57,709 bases of DNA from a virus (Duplodnaviria > Caudoviricetes), in IMG/VR virus record IMGVR_UViG_3300030107_000393, positions 1 to 57,709 of that record; one strand, given 5' to 3'. A program made the position numbers and the translations under genes. Positions 8,375-16,777 of this stretch are shown one piece after another (the first letter of the stretch is position 1; every line of letters begins with the position of its first letter). The notes beneath the pieces are model-generated. The model made no database searches. It had not been told where the DNA came from and worked only from the letters and a program-made list of their open reading frames with translations.

Positions 8375-9992
8375 GAAGAATACTCACAAGAAAGCGTCTG
8401 TCACACCGAGGTCAAAGAAAGGTCTTCACATGACAGGAATAAATCAAAAGCCTATCGCAAGGGTAGGCTTGTTTGATATGCCAAAGTTCTCGGACATCAT
8501 GCCATTCTTGAAAGAGGTAATACAAGAGAAAGCCACTGGTGTTAAGTTCAAGTCGTCTGACATTGAGCCACCAGTGACACATGAGCCACCATCTTTCAGA
8601 GACATAATGATGGACGATATTGAGGACGGCAGAATAACCTACAACAAAGCGAGAGGTTTTGCAGAAGCCAAGATAAGTGCTGAAGAGAGGGTTGTGAAAC
8701 AGATTGTTGCCAAGATGAACAAGCTAATCTTGCATGAGCAAGTATCGTATGCTTTAAAAAGACCGACCAAAGGCTTGCAGATATACAAACAGAACGAGGA
8801 AAGTAGGAAAGCCGTAAGGCGATGCCAAATGGACTTTACGAAAGCCAAGAAAGCAATCGTTCATGCGAGTCTGATGCAAGAGATTGTGCAGAGAGGTGCA
8901 GACTTTACTGCTGATGAAGCCGTGCTTGCCTTGTGGAACTCAGAGCCACCATCAGAGAACCTTTTCATTGAGTGGAACGAGCCAACGAAACAGTGGTGGC
9001 AACAGAAAATCTTTCATAATAAGTGGGGTATATGCAATGGAGACGTGCCATCTTCTATTGTTAATCCATCTGTTGGTTATTGGATACGCAAGACCGAAGA
9101 CGTAGACGGAATGTATTTGGGTGACAAGGTTTATACATTCGATAGCTTTATGTACTTTGCCAATGCTGAATATGACAAAGGCATAGAGCCACACATGGTC
9201 AAGCACGTAAACAATAAGGTCTACATACATGACATGAGAATGGTTGTGAACTTTGGAAAGCCTTTCGATGATGAGGTTATCAAGGAGTACAGACAGACAC
9301 CATTCGAACTTGAAAGGTATGGCAAGAAGTATGAGAGCGAGGAGAACCTAATGAAGAGAATGCAAGAGATATTGTATCCTCACGACCTTACGTTGGAGCA
9401 ATGCAAGCCGTCTGCCTTGAATGTTGATAGAGCATTGTGGGGTAACATATGGTCTTATCACAATAGCAAGAAGAGAAAAGACAAGAAAGATTGGGACTTG
9501 TTGAGAAGACACGTCATGTGGAAGCCTGGCATTGGACACGAGATAGACCCAATGAGAAACGAAACACAGAAGAGCAGGGGAGATTACAGTTCATTGCTTG
9601 GTTGTATGGGAGACATAAGATTTCTTATCTCGTTGTTGAATATATGGAACTATCCTAGACACGTTACTCAAGAAGTGAGACAGACGAAAGGCAAGAGAAC
9701 TCTGATACGTGGAGAAACTGTACCATCAGACGAGCATGTAGTTCTCAAGGTCAACCTTCCGAAAGATGAAGGTGTCAATCTGTACAGAACTGATGGTAAT
9801 GGTCAAGGTGGTGTTGGTACACCAAAGAAATATCACGAAGTTGATGCACATACGAGAGTGTATCCCACGTTGTACAATGACGATGGTTCTGTTAAGAGAG
9901 AAGGCTTTACCACAAGAGTTAAGGAACATGGTAGAGGTGACAAAAAACTTGGTATAGTTACCAAGGAATACAAACTAATGGGAGGTAAATAA
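8361..9992 (+). CDS. Hypothetical protein (543 aa) with AcrVA2/FinQ-like C-terminal His motif
   Basis: GGAGG RBS; C-terminal GTPKKYHEVDAHTR...RVKEHGRG...VTKEY resembles the PxxHxRxxHxR...VxxHxRG motif. Confidence 0.55.
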   Translation: MKQSKKNTHKKASVTPRSKKGLHMTGINQKPIARVGLFDMPKFSDIMPFLKEVIQEKATGVKFKSSDIEPPVTHEPPSFRDIMMDDIEDGRITYNKARGFAEAKISAEERVVKQIVAKMNKLILHEQVSYALKRPTKGLQIYKQNEESRKAVRRCQMDFTKAKKAIVHASLMQEIVQRGADFTADEAVLALWNSEPPSENLFIEWNEPTKQWWQQKIFHNKWGICNGDVPSSIVNPSVGYWIRKTEDVDGMYLGDKVYTFDSFMYFANAEYDKGIEPHMVKHVNNKVYIHDMRMVVNFGKPFDDEVIKEYRQTPFELERYGKKYESEENLMKRMQEILYPHDLTLEQCKPSALNVDRALWGNIWSYHNSKKRKDKKDWDLLRRHVMWKPGIGHEIDPMRNETQKSRGDYSSLLGCMGDIRFLISLLNIWNYPRHVTQEVRQTKGKRTLIRGETVPSDEHVVLKVNLPKDEGVNLYRTDGNGQGGVGTPKKYHEVDAHTRVYPTLYNDDGSVKREGFTTRVKEHGRGDKKLGIVTKEYKLMGGK

Positions 9993-10990
9993 TGAAGTTA
10001 GTTGAGAGGAACGGACATCTATATGCTCATGGGTTTGTCAAGGATACGATGGGTAACACCCATCGTATTCGTAGGTCAACTGGATTTACTGTCGGACAAA
10101 AGACGTTAGCCAAGGAGAGAATGCGAGAAATATTCCGTGACGCAGGTAAGAAAGCAGACTTGGGTGCGAAGACGACAGTGGCAGACGCAATAAAACTTTA
10201 CCTGGGCAGCCGAAGTAAGCTGCCTGGTAGTACTGACATTGTGAATTTACGTCTGTTTGAGAATGAGTTTGGTCATAGATTTCTTTGTTCGTTGGGACAA
10301 GCCGAAGTCATGGATTATTTCAAGGGACGTGGAAACAAAGACAACAGTGTATCGAGAGAGATGACGTCTATCAAGTCGATGATTAACTACAACAACGACA
10401 TGGGTAGAAGTGTGCCAACGTATAAGCTGAAGCAACCAACGTCTGATGATGCACGAGTACGATGGCTTACAGAACGAGAGCGAGACAGAATGATTGTGTC
10501 TGCACGTGTATGTCTGCAACCGATACTGAGGTTCTTGTTTTATAGTGGTGCTAGACTTGGTGAGGCATTCAACCTGCGAGCAAGAGACGTTGAGACAACG
10601 TGTGTTGTTATCGTCTCTCGTAAAGGTGGACGTACACTGAGACGTAAAGTGCCAGTGCATTTTGTTACTTACATTAGTGACTATGGTTTCCGTGAGTTCA
10701 AGTCGAATGATGACATTGTATTTAGGTCAGACGATTACAACTCATGGAACAAATACAAGTTTTATAAGTACTTCAATGAAGCACTCGAAAAGGCAGACAT
10801 TGAGGACTTTAACCCCCATGATTGCAGACATACGTTTGCATCACATCTTGTGCAGAAAGGCGCAAGCTTGAGAGCCGTGGCTGATTTACTTGGACATACC
10901 TCTCTCGACATGGTAATGAGATACTCGCATCTTGCACCATCTCATTTACATGATACAGTAAACCTTATTAACAAACCAAAGGAGGATTAA
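9992..10990 (+). CDS. int: Tyrosine recombinase/integrase
   Basis: SGARLGE (R), HDCRH, LLGH, RYSH catalytic residues. Confidence 0.93.
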   Translation: MKLVERNGHLYAHGFVKDTMGNTHRIRRSTGFTVGQKTLAKERMREIFRDAGKKADLGAKTTVADAIKLYLGSRSKLPGSTDIVNLRLFENEFGHRFLCSLGQAEVMDYFKGRGNKDNSVSREMTSIKSMINYNNDMGRSVPTYKLKQPTSDDARVRWLTERERDRMIVSARVCLQPILRFLFYSGARLGEAFNLRARDVETTCVVIVSRKGGRTLRRKVPVHFVTYISDYGFREFKSNDDIVFRSDDYNSWNKYKFYKYFNEALEKADIEDFNPHDCRHTFASHLVQKGASLRAVADLLGHTSLDMVMRYSHLAPSHLHDTVNLINKPKED

Positions 10991-11332
10991 ATGGCAGAAG
11001 AAAAAGCCAATGGTGAAGACACCAGACCCAACACGATAGAGGTAGGTAAAATCTATCTTGTTGAGAAAGACGGAAAGCTTATCGGTACAGAGATATTGTT
11101 TGCCGATAACATCAGTACAATACAAAATGGTATGCAAGTATTAGACTTGTTGAGGAGTTCACTCAACTATAGTGGTTGGATATTCGAGACGTTAGCTAGA
11201 CTCGTACCACGTAAGTCAGCTTCTTCCGAACCATCTGTCGAAAGTGCCACTAGCAACGAGAGCAGTGCCGACAAAAAACAAGATGACGGCAATGCCGACA
11301 AGGATAACAAAGACACCTCCGTACAACCATAA
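10991..11332 (+). CDS. Hypothetical protein (113 aa)
   Basis: AAGGAGG RBS; starts immediately after the int stop; 3' end overlaps the opposite-strand gene. Confidence 0.65.
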   Translation: MAEEKANGEDTRPNTIEVGKIYLVEKDGKLIGTEILFADNISTIQNGMQVLDLLRSSLNYSGWIFETLARLVPRKSASSEPSVESATSNESSADKKQDDGNADKDNKDTSVQP

Positions 11333-11698
11333 GTTTTCCCAAAACTTTTGTCGAGCGAGCATTCTTTCTCGCTCGGCTTCCTTCCTCTTACGTCTAATTT
11401 CAACACGTAATCTTAGCAGTTCTTGCCAAGCTTCATACCCCCTAGTTTCCATGATTATCTGACGCAGTTCGTTCTCCATGTCTTCAGCTTTTTTCTTGTT
11501 GATGAACGTGTCCATCGCCTCTTCATTTTCTGAGCCTGCGAATACACCACGTTTCTTTTTGTTGTGGTCATTGCGTAGAATATCGATGGCATCGAATAGT
11601 TTTCCGATGTCTTTGCCAAGGTCTTGCATCTCACGTCCTGCCGAGACGCCTGCCTTGATTGCCGTGTATGCGGCTAATGCTATACTAATTGGTTCGAT
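11216..11698 (-). CDS. Coiled-coil protein with C-terminal transmembrane helix; probable ATC start (160 aa)
   Basis: AAGGAG-8 nt-ATC GAA CCA ATT AGT gives (M)EPISIALAAYTAIKAGVSAGRE in frame with the track ORF starting 11629; LWLYGGVFVILVGIAVILFFVG TM segment. Confidence 0.7.
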   Translation of the reverse strand: MEPISIALAAYTAIKAGVSAGREMQDLGKDIGKLFDAIDILRNDHNKKKRGVFAGSENEEAMDTFINKKKAEDMENELRQIIMETRGYEAWQELLRLRVEIRRKRKEAERERMLARQKFWENLWLYGGVFVILVGIAVILFFVGTALVASGTFDRWFGRS

Positions 11699-11728
11699 TG
11701 TACACTCTCCTTAAAAGGAGAGTGTACA
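11699..11728. promoter_or_regulatory. Perfect 14-bp inverted repeat containing the RBS of the 11216-11698 gene
   Basis: TGTACACTCTCCTT-AA-AAGGAGAGTGTACA. Confidence 0.8.
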
Positions 11729-11750
11729 CTAGATGCGAGAGGTAGTCGTC

Positions 11751-11807
11751 TTACTTGTAGACGATTTTCTTCTTTTTCTTTTTACCTTTTTTCATAGGTC
11801 CTGGCAT
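11751..11807 (-). CDS. Tiny Lys-rich peptide (18 aa) MPGPMKKGKKKKKKIVYK
   Basis: Starts 1 nt after the upstream stop; AGGTG upstream. Confidence 0.45.
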   Translation of the reverse strand: MPGPMKKGKKKKKKIVYK

Positions 11808-11808
11808 G

Positions 11809-11988
11809 TTACACCTGCTTTCTTAGTCTGCCACCAAAGACGTTGACCTTTTTCTTGTTAAGACTTGAGCCAAACTGTGATGGTAATTGTGAACGATTAC
11901 GAAATTGCAAACCTTGAAAAGCATTCTTCTTTGTGCCATTCATTTTCTGCGTTCCGAAGACAAGACCTTTGTTAGTTGAATAAGCCAT
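11809..11988 (-). CDS. Small basic protein (59 aa)
   Basis: AAGGAG RBS; MAYSTNKGLVFGTQKMNG...GGRLRKQV. Confidence 0.7.
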   Translation of the reverse strand: MAYSTNKGLVFGTQKMNGTKKNAFQGLQFRNRSQLPSQFGSSLNKKKVNVFGGRLRKQV

Positions 11989-12010
11989 ATACTTCTCCTT
12001 GTTTACACGT

Positions 12011-12400
12011 TTATGCTACAGAATTTTTGCTTTTGTGTCTACCAGTTAGTTCCAAGAAAGCGTTGTAATATTTCATAAAGTCTTTCAGTCTGAGTACGCA
12101 TAGACTTTCTTCAGTCGTCATTCTGTTTCGTCTGTTAATAACGATAGGCGTCTCTGGGCTATTTGTTTCCTGTGAATTTTTTTCTGCCTGTCTGATTGCG
12201 TCCATAAAGTTTAGACGCTCAACACGCTTGGCTTCTACAAACAAGTCTGGCACTCCGATTAAGTCTGCTCCACCATTAGAACTTACCTTCCCTCCACCAG
12301 ATAATGGCGCACGATATGCTGTGTTTATGTCTGCCTCTTCGTTGAAGTACGCTGCTAACTCACGTTCGAATCCGTCTCCTTTTCGTTTCTGTCTGCTCAT
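12011..12400 (-). CDS. Holliday junction resolvase, Hjc-like PD-(D/E)xK
   Basis: KRKGDGFERELA...GADL...FVEAKR. Confidence 0.82.
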   Translation of the reverse strand: MSRQKRKGDGFERELAAYFNEEADINTAYRAPLSGGGKVSSNGGADLIGVPDLFVEAKRVERLNFMDAIRQAEKNSQETNSPETPIVINRRNRMTTEESLCVLRLKDFMKYYNAFLELTGRHKSKNSVA

Positions 12401-12693
12401 AACTCTTCGTATCCCCTTTTCACTCTGCATTCAATGCAGTAGTACCAGTTCTTTGGTCGCTTCTTTGTGTCTCCACAATCCATGCATGGTCTTTGCCACG
12501 TCTTTTCTTCGTAAGTTCTCTTGACTTGGTACTTAGCTCCATCAAAATCTTGTAAGTTATGCCTTACAAGTATCCGTTTTATAGTGTCTACGCAACAATT
12601 AAATTTAGACGCAAGCTCTTTATGACTCAACCTGCTGTGATTAGCTTTAAGCCATGATAGATTTTCTTCGTCTACGTTCACTCTGCGTGGCAT
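12397..12693 (-). CDS. HTH plus Zn-finger protein, probable regulator
   Basis: LSHKELASKFNCCVDTIKRIL HTH; CxxC...CxxC at the C-terminus. Confidence 0.7.
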   Translation of the reverse strand: MPRRVNVDEENLSWLKANHSRLSHKELASKFNCCVDTIKRILVRHNLQDFDGAKYQVKRTYEEKTWQRPCMDCGDTKKRPKNWYYCIECRVKRGYEEL

Positions 12694-12736
12694 GAAAGAA
12701 AAATAACATAGGGGTATTGCCAAATCAAAAAAAATA

Positions 12737-12822
12737 TGTTACAACTACGTTTGTTCTTACGTGGTTGGGCGTAGCCCACCACGAGACAAAGAACAAGAGA
12801 CGAAGTTTAAGTAGTTGTAACA
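12737..12822. other. Long imperfect hairpin (candidate origin or structured RNA)
   Basis: Nested pairs TGTTACAACTAC/GTAGTTGTAACA, TTGTTCTT/AAGAACAA, CGTGG/CCACG, TGGGC-GTA-GCCCA. Confidence 0.6.
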
Positions 12823-12827
12823 AATAA

Positions 12828-12962
12828 ATGACACAACAACAAGCCGAAGACAATCGTAAAAAGTACCCAGACATTGCAGAACTTATGGACAAGGTGAGGG
12901 TACATTTTCCTAACGCAAAGTTAGTTGCCGTGTATGTTGACGGAAAGAAACTAAAGTTCTAG
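12828..12962 (+). CDS. Small protein (44 aa) convergent with primase
   Basis: MTQQQAEDNRKKYPDIAELMDKVRVHFPNAKLVAVYVDGKKLKF; fills an otherwise empty gap. Confidence 0.55.
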   Translation: MTQQQAEDNRKKYPDIAELMDKVRVHFPNAKLVAVYVDGKKLKF

Positions 12963-14852
12963 CCATTCATTTATAAGACGTAGAGGTCTTTGCAAAGTAT
13001 CAGCTATGCTCAGTGGGTCTGTGCCATCAAGAGCCATAGCTTTTGCTCTTTGCTTAGTTGATTGACTTGCGACAACACATCTTTCATCTTTCGTATTGTG
13101 CGAGCCAAAGCCAATCCATTGCACTCTGTCATGTATGTCTGTCCACTCTCTGACTTTCCCATACTTTATTTCCATTACCATATATAATCTATAGTCTGTC
13201 GGAAGTTTGCCCTCCAGTAGAGGAAACACTGGTCGCTCATAACTGCCGTCCCAGATAGCGGCATTTTGCTTTGCCGTGTCTTCGTCTTTGTACACTTGAG
13301 TTACTTTTATTTGTGTCTCCAGTACAGTCAACTGGTTGGTTGAGCCTGCCTCTCTACCCAGACCACCCTCAGACGGCTTGTTAGAATGGTGTATCATAAT
13401 GACAGCGAGTCCTGAGTTCCTGAGTTTGACAGCTAACTGGTTGACTCGACTCCATTCGTCTGCCGAGTTCTCCATCAAGCCAGGATAAGCTGACCTGATT
13501 GTGTCTATTATCACAACGTCTGGGTCTGAGAATGTTATCCATGCTTGTAACTCTTCAAGTCCCTCCCTCCTCTTCAAGTCTATTTCTTTTTTATCTACGA
13601 AAGGTGTCCATATGTTTAGCCTATCTTGCGTGTCTCCATGCATCTGCCTCATCTCAATCAGACGTCTAGCTATAGTAGACATGCCCATTTCAAAATCCAA
13701 ATACAACGCCCTCGCAGGTTTGCCGAGTTCGAAACAACCAAAGTATTTTCTACCACTACACAAAGCAGATATACAATGCTGAACAAACATAGACTTACCA
13801 TGTCCACTGTATCCATACACTTGCACGATTGTATTTGTGGGTAGCCAAGGTTCAATAAGATATACCTTACCCTTACTCTCCTCCATCAGTTGGTCTGCGT
13901 CCTTCATCTGGATTAGCTTTCTGGGTCTGTCTTTGAACTCCTCAGTCAATGGCTGACCAATAAAGTTTCCGTCTTCATCAAATCTTTCTGGGTGGTTTCG
14001 TCTCTCTGACTGTTCCATAGAACTGACAGTCGCTTCAAATTCTCTTTCGTCCAATGCATCTACAAAGAACTCATTCATAAAAGCAATGCCACGAAGGCGA
14101 AGCTCAGAGCCAAAGTATCCATTCAGTATGCACTCAGACACGTACCTCATAACACGTTCATTACGTCCATTGCTCATGCCAGATGGTATCTTTAATGTGG
14201 TTGGAAACTTTTCAGTCACGTACTTTGCAGTTCTATCCCACTCAGATAGCATTTCGTTAGGGTCAAAAGGTTTGACAGAACTCAAGTCGAGCTTTGAGAA
14301 ATGAAAGTCACCATCATTAATACGTTCTTTGAGTGACGGCTTCCAATCTTTCCAGACATTCATCTCATCATAATCGAATACGTCTGTTGGATAATCCCAT
14401 TCGTAATTCTTTGAAGGTGGTAGCAGTGCGTAACTGCCGTCTCCTCTAAAGTCTAACCCATTAATCTGGGGCCAGTCTGCACCTCTGCTGTTTACACCTG
14501 CTCTCGGACCTCTACGTATTCCGTCTTTTGGGTGTTCGAAGTAGAGATGTACGCCTCTCTTCGTCTTAACTTTAATAGGCGTAATCATCTCTGCTTCTTG
14601 AGAGGCTTTGAATGCGTTGTCATTATCACAATCAACAACAACAACGCCACTCACTTCACCAGTTACAAGTGCAATGTCGTAGTCTTCCCATTGCGTCCAC
14701 CATTGAGTAACCTCATCTTCTGTTGGCAGACGTTTCTGATATTCAAGCCATCTGATTGCAGGTCGTTTGCCTTCAGGCTTTATTGGTATGACAGACCAAC
14801 CACGCTCCAGATATTCTAACGCATGATTAAGCTTTACGTTTTCCTTTCCCAT
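12951..14852 (-). CDS. Bifunctional primase-polymerase fused to RepA-like SF4 helicase (AAA_25)
   Basis: GWSVIPI, VVVDCD, TKRGVHLYF, DFRGDGSYALLPPS; GRNE PriCT-like; GYSGHGKS, LDFEM, IIDT, IHHSNK; GAGGAGG RBS before ATG 14852. Confidence 0.9.
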   Translation of the reverse strand: MGKENVKLNHALEYLERGWSVIPIKPEGKRPAIRWLEYQKRLPTEDEVTQWWTQWEDYDIALVTGEVSGVVVVDCDNDNAFKASQEAEMITPIKVKTKRGVHLYFEHPKDGIRRGPRAGVNSRGADWPQINGLDFRGDGSYALLPPSKNYEWDYPTDVFDYDEMNVWKDWKPSLKERINDGDFHFSKLDLSSVKPFDPNEMLSEWDRTAKYVTEKFPTTLKIPSGMSNGRNERVMRYVSECILNGYFGSELRLRGIAFMNEFFVDALDEREFEATVSSMEQSERRNHPERFDEDGNFIGQPLTEEFKDRPRKLIQMKDADQLMEESKGKVYLIEPWLPTNTIVQVYGYSGHGKSMFVQHCISALCSGRKYFGCFELGKPARALYLDFEMGMSTIARRLIEMRQMHGDTQDRLNIWTPFVDKKEIDLKRREGLEELQAWITFSDPDVVIIDTIRSAYPGLMENSADEWSRVNQLAVKLRNSGLAVIMIHHSNKPSEGGLGREAGSTNQLTVLETQIKVTQVYKDEDTAKQNAAIWDGSYERPVFPLLEGKLPTDYRLYMVMEIKYGKVREWTDIHDRVQWIGFGSHNTKDERCVVASQSTKQRAKAMALDGTDPLSIADTLQRPLRLINEWLEL

Positions 14853-15045
14853 TGTGTACCTCCTCAAAATAATCGTCTATACTGCATGTTGGGTTAATAT
14901 TTTTTAGTTCCTCCAGAACTTTTGTTGAACATTTACCTTTCTTAACCCATTGATAAGGTATTGTCCTAGCTTTATTTATCTTTCTAGCCACTGATGATGC
15001 TCCTCCGAAGTCATTGATAAGCCTAGAAAAATTAATTTTATACAT
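14827..15045 (-). CDS. Cro-like HTH protein
   Basis: LINDFGGASSVARKINKARTIPYQWVKKG; AAGGAG RBS. Confidence 0.75.
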   Translation of the reverse strand: MYKINFSRLINDFGGASSVARKINKARTIPYQWVKKGKCSTKVLEELKNINPTCSIDDYFEEVHNGKGKRKA

Positions 15046-15063
15046 TTTTTTCTCCTTTTATGC

Positions 15064-15106
15064 TTGCATTCGTGTAAGTTATATATTACATTCTTGTTCA
15101 TGTAAA
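15064..15106. promoter_or_regulatory. Overlapping divergent sigma70-type promoters
   Basis: Plus: TTGCAT-17-TACATT (15064-15092); minus: TTTACA-17-TATAAC (15106-15078); TGTAA-N8-TTACA palindrome between them. Confidence 0.65.
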
Positions 15107-15152
15107 GCATCATTCGATAAACGCTGATGCAAAACTAGAAAAGGAGAAGCAT

Positions 15153-15575
15153 ATGTCTTCAGACAGTTGGGATAGCTTTGGGAAATCCAAAGAGTCTGAT
15201 TCAATCCCATCAGACAACTTAGACCTCCTATGTCACGAACTCTACACATTAGAGTTAGACTTGCCAGCAAAACTTGAAAGGATACAACAACTCCAGAACG
15301 AGATTGCTTTGGCATTTCCAGAGACAGAGGGAGAACAGTCGAAAACAACGGAGAGGTTTCAAGTAACATGTTCAAGAAGTGAACGATGGGCATGGGACAA
15401 GCCAATGCTAGAAGAGATTTTTGGCGAAGGCGATTTGCCAGAGTACGTTACAAGAACTTTATCTGTTGATAAGAGGAAGTTTAAAAAACTTCCAAGTGGA
15501 GAGCAGAATACATTGAAGCCTGCATTAACTAGAAAGCTTGATAAAGCAAGAGTAAAGGTGGTGCAGAATGTTTAA
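15153..15575 (+). CDS. Hypothetical protein of the recombination module
   Basis: AAGGAG RBS; precedes AAA_24 and SSB. Confidence 0.75.
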   Translation: MSSDSWDSFGKSKESDSIPSDNLDLLCHELYTLELDLPAKLERIQQLQNEIALAFPETEGEQSKTTERFQVTCSRSERWAWDKPMLEEIFGEGDLPEYVTRTLSVDKRKFKKLPSGEQNTLKPALTRKLDKARVKVVQNV

Positions 15576-16326
15576 TGTAATGAAGACCTCTGACATACAA
15601 AAAGGTGGTGCAGTTAAACTATTATTATATGCACACCACGGATTTGGTAAAACATTCCAATGCCGTTACTTCCAAAAAAGATATGGGAAAGGATTAATAT
15701 TATCTGGTGAAGCAGGATTAAAGTCTGTTGAAGATGTTAATATTGATTATCTTCCGTTCACTTCTTGGGACGGAAACCATGACCCAGAAAACGGAGACTA
15801 TTCGTTTACTGGTATAGTAAAAATGTTGCAATCAAAAGAGTTTAAGGAAGCAGGATACAAATGGATAGCCATTGATAGCTTGACAGAATTATCTGAAAGA
15901 CTAATTGAACATCTCGAAAAGCAACATGAGAACTCTAGCAATGGGTTCGCATTATGGGGAGACTATAGCAGACTAATGCTTGGTTCTCTTAAATGGATTA
16001 GGGATTTACCTATACATGTTTACATTACGTGTCTTGCCAAAGAAGAGAAAGACGCAAACGATGTAACACAATACTGGCCCCTAGTTAAAGGTACTGCCGT
16101 TAGTAAACATGTTCCTGCCTTGTTTGACCACGTTATGTGTGGTGTAAGGAAGACAGAAACAAATGATAAGGGTATACCAAAAGTCAAAAGGTATATAGTA
16201 ACAGACGAGGTAAGTGGTTGGCATGGTAAAGTTCGTGACCCACTTAACACGTTGAGTGCCTTTGAAGAAGTAAACGATGTAACTGAACTATTAGCAAGAA
16301 TGAGTGAAGGAGGTAAAAATGAATGA
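15568..16326 (+). CDS. AAA_24 / Sak4-like ATPase
   Basis: LLYAHHGFGKT, EAGL, IAIDSLTE, FDHV, GKVRD. Confidence 0.85.
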   Translation: MFNVMKTSDIQKGGAVKLLLYAHHGFGKTFQCRYFQKRYGKGLILSGEAGLKSVEDVNIDYLPFTSWDGNHDPENGDYSFTGIVKMLQSKEFKEAGYKWIAIDSLTELSERLIEHLEKQHENSSNGFALWGDYSRLMLGSLKWIRDLPIHVYITCLAKEEKDANDVTQYWPLVKGTAVSKHVPALFDHVMCGVRKTETNDKGIPKVKRYIVTDEVSGWHGKVRDPLNTLSAFEEVNDVTELLARMSEGGKNE

Positions 16327-16768
16327 TTGGAATGGTTTTAGTAGTCTTGATTTAACTAAGGTTGAGTCAAGCAGTGGCTATGTTAGGCTACCAAAAGGAG
16401 AGCATCATGTTAAGATAACAGATGCCGTGATGAAAGATAGTTCCACTGGTGGAAAATATTTGCAAGTAAATTTTAAAGGAGTTGAAGAAGTTGGAGACAT
16501 CAACGCAAACTTCAACCTTGTAAATAAAAATCCACAAGCAGTTGATATAGGTAAGAGACAACTAAAGTCTTTACTCATTGCGGCTCAGCACCCTAACCCA
16601 GACAAGCCTGGTGATGTTGCGTCTCTTAAAAATCTTGAGTTAGCAGTTGTTGTCGGAGACGGCAAGCCTTTTACTGGTGACGATGGTAAAGAAAGAACAC
16701 AGACAGAGGTCAAGGTTTATAAGCCACATGGTGAAGCCAAAGACCTTGATGACGAAATTCCATTCTAG
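16319..16768 (+). CDS. Single-stranded DNA-binding protein (DUF669-like)
   Basis: LPKGEHHVKI...GKYLQVNF; acidic tail DLDDEIPF; GGAGG RBS. Confidence 0.8.
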   Translation: MNDWNGFSSLDLTKVESSSGYVRLPKGEHHVKITDAVMKDSSTGGKYLQVNFKGVEEVGDINANFNLVNKNPQAVDIGKRQLKSLLIAAQHPNPDKPGDVASLKNLELAVVVGDGKPFTGDDGKERTQTEVKVYKPHGEAKDLDDEIPF

Positions 16769-16777
16769 TAATGGAAT

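Noticed and set aside
12359-12380. tRNA T-arm-like GTTCGAATCC as possible attP
   Set aside because: Flanks do not form a T-stem, there is no acceptor end, and it is antisense to the conserved GDGFERE codons.
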